Part shown: positions 20,060 to 26,700 of the stretch, in pieces
How positions within the stretch are numbered: position 1 is the first letter of the stretch
How the letters are laid out: each line of letters starts with the position of its first letter
Origin: an uncultured delta proteobacterium
GTDB lineage: Bacteria; Myxococcota_A; UBA9160; SZUA-336
NCBI GenBank assembly: GCA_963704165.1
Contig: CAVPHD010000001.1
Location: 96,001 to 160,000 of the forward strand
Direction of reading: 5' to 3'
Length of the DNA stretch: 64,000 bases
Translations under genes and position numbers: made by a program
The notes under the pieces: generated by a model
Database searches by the model: none
Told to the model about the DNA's origin: nothing
What the model saw: only the letters and a program-made list of their open reading frames with translations

Positions 20060-20398
20060 ATGAGTACCGATGCGAGTTGCAATGTGAAGCCGGGACCCGA
20101 GAGCCTGCGCGAGAGCGTGATCGAGGTGCTGCGCAGCATCTTCGACCCGGAAATTCCGGTGAACATCTACGAGCTCGGCTTGGTCTACGGCGTCGACGTC
20201 GACGAAGAGAACCACGTTCGCGTGCGCATGACGCTCACGTCGCCGATGTGTCCGGTCGCCGAGAGCATGCCGCCCGAGGTCGAGCAGAAGATCCGTCAGA
20301 TTCCCGGCGTCGCGCACGCCGAGGTCGACCTCACCTGGGAGCCGACCTGGAACCCGTCGATGATGTCGGAGGCGGCGAAGCTTCAGCTCGGGTTCTGA
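20060..20398 (+). CDS. DUF59 / SufT-like Fe-S assembly protein
   Basis: DPEIPVNIYELGL, MTLTSPMCP and MMSEAAKLQLG motifs. Confidence 0.92.
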   Translation: MSTDASCNVKPGPESLRESVIEVLRSIFDPEIPVNIYELGLVYGVDVDEENHVRVRMTLTSPMCPVAESMPPEVEQKIRQIPGVAHAEVDLTWEPTWNPSMMSEAAKLQLGF

Positions 20399-20405
20399 GC
20401 CGAGT

Positions 20406-20861
20406 ATGAGTCCGACGGTCGCTTGGCGTGCGCTCCGTGTCGCCGGCTTCGTGTGCCTCACCGGGTGTCTCGACTTCCACTCTCGTGCCGTCGAGGAGAC
20501 TCGCACAGGACTTCTCGGGCTCGAGGGTCGGGAGCTGCGCGACTGTCTCGGCATCGTCTCGGATTTCGAGATCGACGGCGACATCGAGCGCCAAACCTAT
20601 CGCTTCGAGCGCGATGATCCATCCGACGACGGCGCCGGCGCGGGCGCCCTCGGCGGCGTCGCGATCGGCGGCCGTCCGGAGGTCGATCGACGTCACGACC
20701 CGCACGGCTTCCCGATCGACCGGCCAGATCAGTCGTACTGTCAGCTCGACTTCGAGCTCACGCGGGGCCGCGTCACGCGAGTTCTCGCGCACGGTCGGAC
20801 ACGCGAGGGCATGAACGCGGACGCGACCTGCATGCTTCGCGCGCAGCGTTGCCTTCCGTAG
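20406..20861 (+). CDS. Hypothetical lipoprotein
   Basis: Lipobox LTGC and four further Cys; directly follows the suf operon. Confidence 0.65.
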   Translation: MSPTVAWRALRVAGFVCLTGCLDFHSRAVEETRTGLLGLEGRELRDCLGIVSDFEIDGDIERQTYRFERDDPSDDGAGAGALGGVAIGGRPEVDRRHDPHGFPIDRPDQSYCQLDFELTRGRVTRVLAHGRTREGMNADATCMLRAQRCLP

Positions 20862-21102
20862 GCGACGAGCAGCGGACTCACGGACACTGACGGGGGTCGT
20901 CTCTCGAGGCCCCGGACGTCGTCTACGGACACTTCGCGCCAATCGCGCCAGATCGGCCCGCTCAGCAACCGGCAAGTCCCACGATTGCAGACCGGGCCGC
21001 ATCTAGGCCGACTTCAGTCCCCTAAACAGTCTTGGCGTCAATCCCGCGGAGCCATCGACCGAAGCAGTGATATCGGGGGGTTCCCCCCCGGGGAGAGCTG
21101 TC

Positions 21103-22092
21103 TTGGGGATCCGCGTCTCTGCGCGGAACTGGATCGCGTGCTGCGCGTGGGCCGCCGTCTGCCTGCTCGCTGCTGGAGAGGCTCGCGCGCTCGGCACGCC
21201 GGCCGGCACTCCGATCGCGAACACGGCGACCGTCAGCTACGAGATCGCCGCGAGCGCGTACACGCAGAGCGCGACGGCGGTGTTCGCGGTCGACGAGCGG
21301 ATCGACGTCGTCGTCACCTGGCAGGATGCGGCGGCGGTGCTGGTCGCACCCGCGGACCTCGACCGCGTGATCACGTTCCTGATCACGAACACGGGCAACG
21401 GCGCCGAGACCTTCTCGCTCGCCGTCGATCCGCTGCTCGCGGGCGACCAGTTCGATCCGGTGAACGCGCGCGTGTACATCGACGCGAACGACTCGACGAC
21501 CTACGAGGCGGGCGTCGATCCCCTGTACCAGCCGGGCGTGAATGATCCGCTGCTCGCCGCCGACGCCGCGCGACTCGTCTTCGTGCTCGCCGACATTCCC
21601 GCTGCCGCCCTGAACGGAGAGCGAGGCGACGCGGAGCTCCGGGCGACTTCGCTCACGGGCAGCGTCACCGGCGCGGTGGTTCCGGGTGCGGGCGATCTCG
21701 GGACCGACGCGGTGATCGGCGGCGGCACGAGCGCGATGAGCGGAAGCTACCTGGTCGCCGACCTGATCGCCGCGATCGCCAAGTCGGCCGTGGTCTCCGA
21801 CACCGGCGGCGGTAGCACGCCCGCGCCGGGAGCGACGATCACCTACACGCTGCTCGTCACGACGAGCGGAACGGGCACGGTCGACAACCTGGTCATCACC
21901 GATCCGCTGCCCCCGTTCACCAGCTACGTCCCCGGCTCGCTCACGCTGAACGGCTCCGCGCAGAGCGATGCCGCGGACCTCGATGCCGGCGACGTGGGCG
22001 GCACGACACCCAATCAAGTCACCGTCGCGCTCGGGAACGTGGCCGGCGGCTCTCTCCCCCAAACCATCACGTTCGCAGTCACGATCGATTAG
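21103..22092 (+). CDS. Secreted DUF11-domain protein (putative pilus subunit A)
   Basis: Signal peptide ending ARA, N-terminal GTPAGTPIANTATVSY, and a C-terminal DUF11 (IAKS..PGATITYTL..ITDPLP..YVPGS..TITFAVTID). TTG 21103 follows GGGAGAG; the ORF extends back to 21067. Confidence 0.88.
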   Translation: MGIRVSARNWIACCAWAAVCLLAAGEARALGTPAGTPIANTATVSYEIAASAYTQSATAVFAVDERIDVVVTWQDAAAVLVAPADLDRVITFLITNTGNGAETFSLAVDPLLAGDQFDPVNARVYIDANDSTTYEAGVDPLYQPGVNDPLLAADAARLVFVLADIPAAALNGERGDAELRATSLTGSVTGAVVPGAGDLGTDAVIGGGTSAMSGSYLVADLIAAIAKSAVVSDTGGGSTPAPGATITYTLLVTTSGTGTVDNLVITDPLPPFTSYVPGSLTLNGSAQSDAADLDAGDVGGTTPNQVTVALGNVAGGSLPQTITFAVTID

Positions 22093-22103
22093 GAGGGAAC
22101 GAA

Positions 22104-22598
22104 ATGAAGAACGCAATCGCACTGGCACTGACCGTATTGCTCCCAGCGTGGAGCGCGCATGCGATCGAGAGCGCGGGGAATCCCGCGGTCGAGATCGCGA
22201 TCACCGCAGAGGTCGAAGTCACGATCAAGACCGAGGACGGACGCGAAGAAGTGAAGCGCGTACCCGCAGCGAAGGTACCACCGGGTGAGGCGGTGATCTT
22301 CACGTTGCACGCGAAGAACAACGGCGAGAAGCCGGCGAACGACGTGATCGTGACCGACCCGATCCCCGAGCACATGGACTACGTGGACGGATCGGTGAGC
22401 GAGGGCGGAGCGCGAGTGACGTTCTCCGTCGATGGCGGAAAGAGCTTCGCGGCCAAGGAGAAGCTGAAGGTTCGCGGTGAGGACGGCGCGCTTCGTGCGG
22501 CCCTCGCTACCGACTTCACGCACATCCGCTGGCAGCTCGAGACGCCGCTTGCGCCCGGTGAAGCTCGAGAGGTGAGCTTCCGCGCACGCGTGGAGTGA
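22104..22598 (+). CDS. Small secreted DUF11-like protein (putative cap or chaperone)
   Basis: AGGAGG RBS, signal peptide (AHA), PGEAVIFTL..NNGEKPANDVIVTDPIP..YVDGS..LAPGEAREVSFRARVE. Confidence 0.85.
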   Translation: MKNAIALALTVLLPAWSAHAIESAGNPAVEIAITAEVEVTIKTEDGREEVKRVPAAKVPPGEAVIFTLHAKNNGEKPANDVIVTDPIPEHMDYVDGSVSEGGARVTFSVDGGKSFAAKEKLKVRGEDGALRAALATDFTHIRWQLETPLAPGEAREVSFRARVE

Positions 22599-22698
22599 GA
22601 GAAGAGATTCCCCCCCCTTGAAAGGGTGGAAGCGTGAGACACACGCTCAAGTGTCTATTCGAGTTGAGTTGAGTTGGACATACAGCAAGGAGAAGGCA

Positions 22699-23763
22699 AT
22701 GTTGAGGCATGACTTGAAACGACTGGCAAGTGCGCTTGCCACCGCTGCGCTCTTGTGGAGCACGGCGGGGACGGCATCGGCGGTCGGCGCCGACGCTGGC
22801 ACCGTCATCTCGAACACCGCCACCGTGGACTACAGCGTGAACGCCGTAGTCCAGCCCACGGTGGCCAGCGTAGCCGTCGACTTCGTCGTCGATCGGCTGA
22901 TCGACCTGACGGTGACGGCCGTCCCGGTGACCTACGTCGCCGTGACGCCGAGCTCCGACGGGGCGTTCCTGTTCACACTGACCAACACCAGCAACGCCGA
23001 GCTCGGATTCGACCTCAGCGCGGCGAACAACGCAACGGACCCCTTCGGCGGCACGGACAACTTCGATCCGAGCGCGCTGACCACGGTCGTGGACGCGGGC
23101 GTGCTCGGGACCTACGAGCCGCTCGTCGACGTCGCCACGACCGTCGATTCGCTCGCAGAGGACGGCTCGGTGGGCGTGTGGGTGGTCGCGACGATCCCCG
23201 GTGGCCAGGCCAACGCGGACATCGCGGCGGTCACGCTGACTGCGACGGCGCGCGAGACGACGGCCAACGGCGGCGGCGCCGTGGTCGAGCAGGCCAATCC
23301 GGAGGATCCGGCAACCATGGAGACCGTGTTCGGCGACGGCGCGGGTGACACCGACGCCGCGAATGCGGCCGACTTCTCGGACAGCGGCGCGTTCCAGGTG
23401 GAGTCCGCCGACGTGACGATCACGAAGACCGAGACGCTGATCAGCGACCCGGTGAATGGCGCCGCGCCCAACGCTCGCCACATCCCGGGTGCGATCGTCG
23501 AGTACGTGGTGACGGTGACCAATGACGCCGCTTCCGCGCTCTCGGCGACGACGCTGACCATCAGCGACGTGCTTCCCGGTGACGTGACGTTCGAGCCGGA
23601 TACCTATGGCGTCGGATTCGGCATCGACCTCGACTCGGTCGCGCAGTCGAATGCCGCGGATCTCGACCAGGGGTCCGAGGCGGCGGGCACCGTGACGGTG
23701 ACCGTGCCGTCGCTCGCGCCGGGGGCTTCCGCGGTGATCACCTTCCGGGTGTCCGTGGACTAG
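22699..23763 (+). CDS. Secreted DUF11-domain protein (putative major pilus subunit C)
   Basis: AAGGAG RBS, signal peptide (ASA), N-terminal GADAGTVISNTATVDY, and a C-terminal DUF11 (ITKT..PGAIVEYVVTVTN..ISDVLP..LAPGASAVITFRVSVD). Paralogue of 21103-22092. Confidence 0.9.
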   Translation: MLRHDLKRLASALATAALLWSTAGTASAVGADAGTVISNTATVDYSVNAVVQPTVASVAVDFVVDRLIDLTVTAVPVTYVAVTPSSDGAFLFTLTNTSNAELGFDLSAANNATDPFGGTDNFDPSALTTVVDAGVLGTYEPLVDVATTVDSLAEDGSVGVWVVATIPGGQANADIAAVTLTATARETTANGGGAVVEQANPEDPATMETVFGDGAGDTDAANAADFSDSGAFQVESADVTITKTETLISDPVNGAAPNARHIPGAIVEYVVTVTNDAASALSATTLTISDVLPGDVTFEPDTYGVGFGIDLDSVAQSNAADLDQGSEAAGTVTVTVPSLAPGASAVITFRVSVD

Positions 23764-23778
23764 CGCTCGAATCGCCAA

Positions 23779-26700
23779 GTGGTGGGTCCCCTCCCCCGAA
23801 GGTCGCGGCACGTCGAGTGCCCGCGCGCCGGCTCACGCGCCGGTGTGACGGGAGACTTGCGTCCGCGAGCCGCGACGGAGAACCCACCGGACCGCACCCG
23901 TGCGGTTCGCAAGTCGTGCCTCAACGAGCCGGCTGGGTCGGGAATTCCCCGATTCAGCCGGCTCTGCGAGGTGCTGGCGCTTCTGCTGCTCGCGTTCGCC
24001 CTGCTTCCGTCGAACGCACGCGCGCAGACACCGGTGGGGACTGCGATTCCCAATACCGGTTACGCGACCTACGACATCGGGAGCACGGTCGGAATCGTCC
24101 GTCCGTCGAACACGCTCGTGATCACGACCGCGGTCGTGAGCTCCGGTTCGAGCCTGGAGTTCATGCGCTACGCACCCGGAGCACCGGGTTCGACCAGTTA
24201 CGGTGTCACCGCCACCGCTTGCTTCAGTGGCGGCAGTTTCAATCCGCTGCCGGCGCCCAACGCGTACGGTGGCGGCGCGATCAATCTGGCGAGCGTCGAG
24301 CTGATCCCGACGCCTGCCTATCATCCCGGCGAGCCGATCTTCGTGCGGCTCGTCGACGCGGACCAGAATCGGAACTCGACCCTGGTCGAATCCGTTCTCG
24401 TCGCGCTCTCCGCGCCCGGCGTCGCCGATCTCGAGCAGCTTCGGCTCTTCGAAACCGGCGTCGCGACGGGCGTCTTCGTCGGCTACGTGCCGTCCGCGGC
24501 ACCCCCGGCACCCGCCAACGACTGCGTGCTCGCCGCCCCTTCGGGTCAGACGGTTCTCGGCAATTACGTCGACGCATTCGATGCGAGTGACTCGGACTCC
24601 GACACCGCATGGATCGACCCCGAGAGCCGGGTCTTCGACAGCGCGACCGGTGCTCCGATCGACTTCGCGGTCGTCACCCTGATCGACGAGATCACCGGGC
24701 TCCCCGCGACGGGGATCCTGGGAGACGATGGCGTGAGCACGTTCCCCGCCACCCTGACGACCGGTGGCTCGGTCACCGATGGCGGCGGGCAGATCTACAA
24801 CTTCGGTCCGGGCGGCTATCGCTTCCCGGTGGTTCCCGTCGGCAGCTACCGATTGCAGGTCGCGCCGCCCTCGACGTACGGCTTTCCGAGCGCGGTCCCC
24901 GATGTCGTGCTGCAGGCGCTTCCGGGCGCGCCGTTCGCGCTCGTCGTCGGTTCGCGCGGAGAGGTCTTCGACGTCATCGCGGGCCCGACCTTCGAGATCG
25001 ATCTGCCGCTCGACGCGGCATCGTCCGCGGGCTTCATCTCGATCCGCGCCAGCCGCGACGTCGTTTCGATCGGCGAGCACTTCCAGTTCGACGTCCGCGT
25101 CGAGAATCCCGGCGTGGCGGACGCTCCGCTCGGGGTCGAAGTGACCGTGGTGCTTCCGCCCGGGGTCAGGTTCACGCCGCAGTCGGTCCGGATCGACGAC
25201 CAGATCCAGCCCGACCCGCTGATCTCGCCCGACGGGCGCACGCTCACGTGGACGCTCCCTGCGACCCTTGCCCCGGTCGTGACGCACATCCGTTTCACCG
25301 TGAAGGTCGAGCCGAGCGTTCGAGCGGGACTCGTCCGCACGACCGCACGCGCGGAGGCGCTCGGCGGATCGATCACCGAGGATGCGGTCGCGACGGTACG
25401 CGTCGAGGAGGATCTCGGCGCGAACAGCGCCTACGTGGTGGGTCGCGTGTCGGCCGGCCACTGCGACACGGACGACTTCGCGGGTGAAGCCGTCCCGGGG
25501 GTACGCGTCTACCTCGAAGACGGAACCTACTCCGTCACCGACGCGAACGGCTACTACCACTTCGCAGGACTCCGAAGTGGCGCCCACGTCGTACAGATGG
25601 ACGTGCAGAGCCTGCCCGGGTTCTACGAGCCGCTCCCGTGCGCCAACGCCGAGGGGCATGCCTTCGCGGGCCGGCCGTTCTCGCAGTTCGTGGACGTCCA
25701 AGGTGGAACGCTGTGGCGCAGCGACTTCCGCGTGCAGCTGCGACCGCGTCGCGAGGGCGGAATCAGTCAGCGACTCGAGAGCCAGCTCGAGGGCGACACG
25801 ATCCGCTATCAGCTCGCGCTGCGCGGCAACGGCGTCGCGGTGCGAAACGCGCGCGCGGTGGTGATGCTGCCCGAAGGCGTGGAGTTCGTGCCGGGCAGCG
25901 CGCGCAACGCGGGTGCTCCGATCGCAGATCCCGAGACCAAGAACGGGGTGGTCACCTTCCGACTCGGAGAGCTGAGCTCGGAGGAGTGGTCGATGGACCT
26001 CGCGCTCGACGCGATCGTCGACGGGCGGGCCGAGCGCGAGCTCGAGACATCGTCCGTGGTCATGTTCGAGACACCGGTCGAGAAGCTCGCCAAGACACCC
26101 GCCGCGAAGACGCGCCTCCACGGCGAGTCGAGCTCGGGCAGCGGACTCAAGCTCGTCGAGACGCTGGGGCTTCGACCGGGAGAGGAGTGGCAGACGAAGA
26201 CCGCGCCGGAAATCGATGCCGCGCCGCCCAAACCCGGCGTCTACAACAAGATCTGGCTCGAGAAGGCGACGCCCGGACTCGAATGGCTCTCACCCGAACC
26301 CGGATTCGCGGCGGCGATCGCGAGCGTGAACATCGCGATCAAGCACGCGCCCGGAACGACCATCGAGCTGGTACAGAACGGGGTGGCCGTACCGAAGTTC
26401 AACTTCGAAGGTGCGTTCTCGAACACCGGCAAGACCGTATCGCTCTCGCGTTGGCGCGGTGTGGACCTGGTCGATGGCGAGAACAGCTTCGTCGCACGCG
26501 AGCTCGACGCTTCGGGGAACGAGATCGCGCGACTGGATCGCTCGCTCCACTACGCCGGACCGCCGTTCCGCGCCGTGCTCGTGCCCGAGCTGTCGCGGCT
26601 CGTCGCCGACGGGCGAACGATCCCCGTGATCGCGGTGCGCTTCACCGACGAGGACGAGAAGCCCGCACGCGAGGGACAGGTCGGCACGTACGAGATCGAC

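Noticed and set aside
20862..21102. Possible c-di-GMP or other riboswitch upstream of the DUF11 locus
   Set aside because: I could not match a known riboswitch consensus by eye. An Rfam search is needed, so it is not claimed.
21103..23763. Classical chaperone-usher, type IV, curli or sortase pilus
   Set aside because: No prepilin G/FxxxE motif, curli repeats, LPxTG signal or recognisable PapD/PapC motifs were seen.
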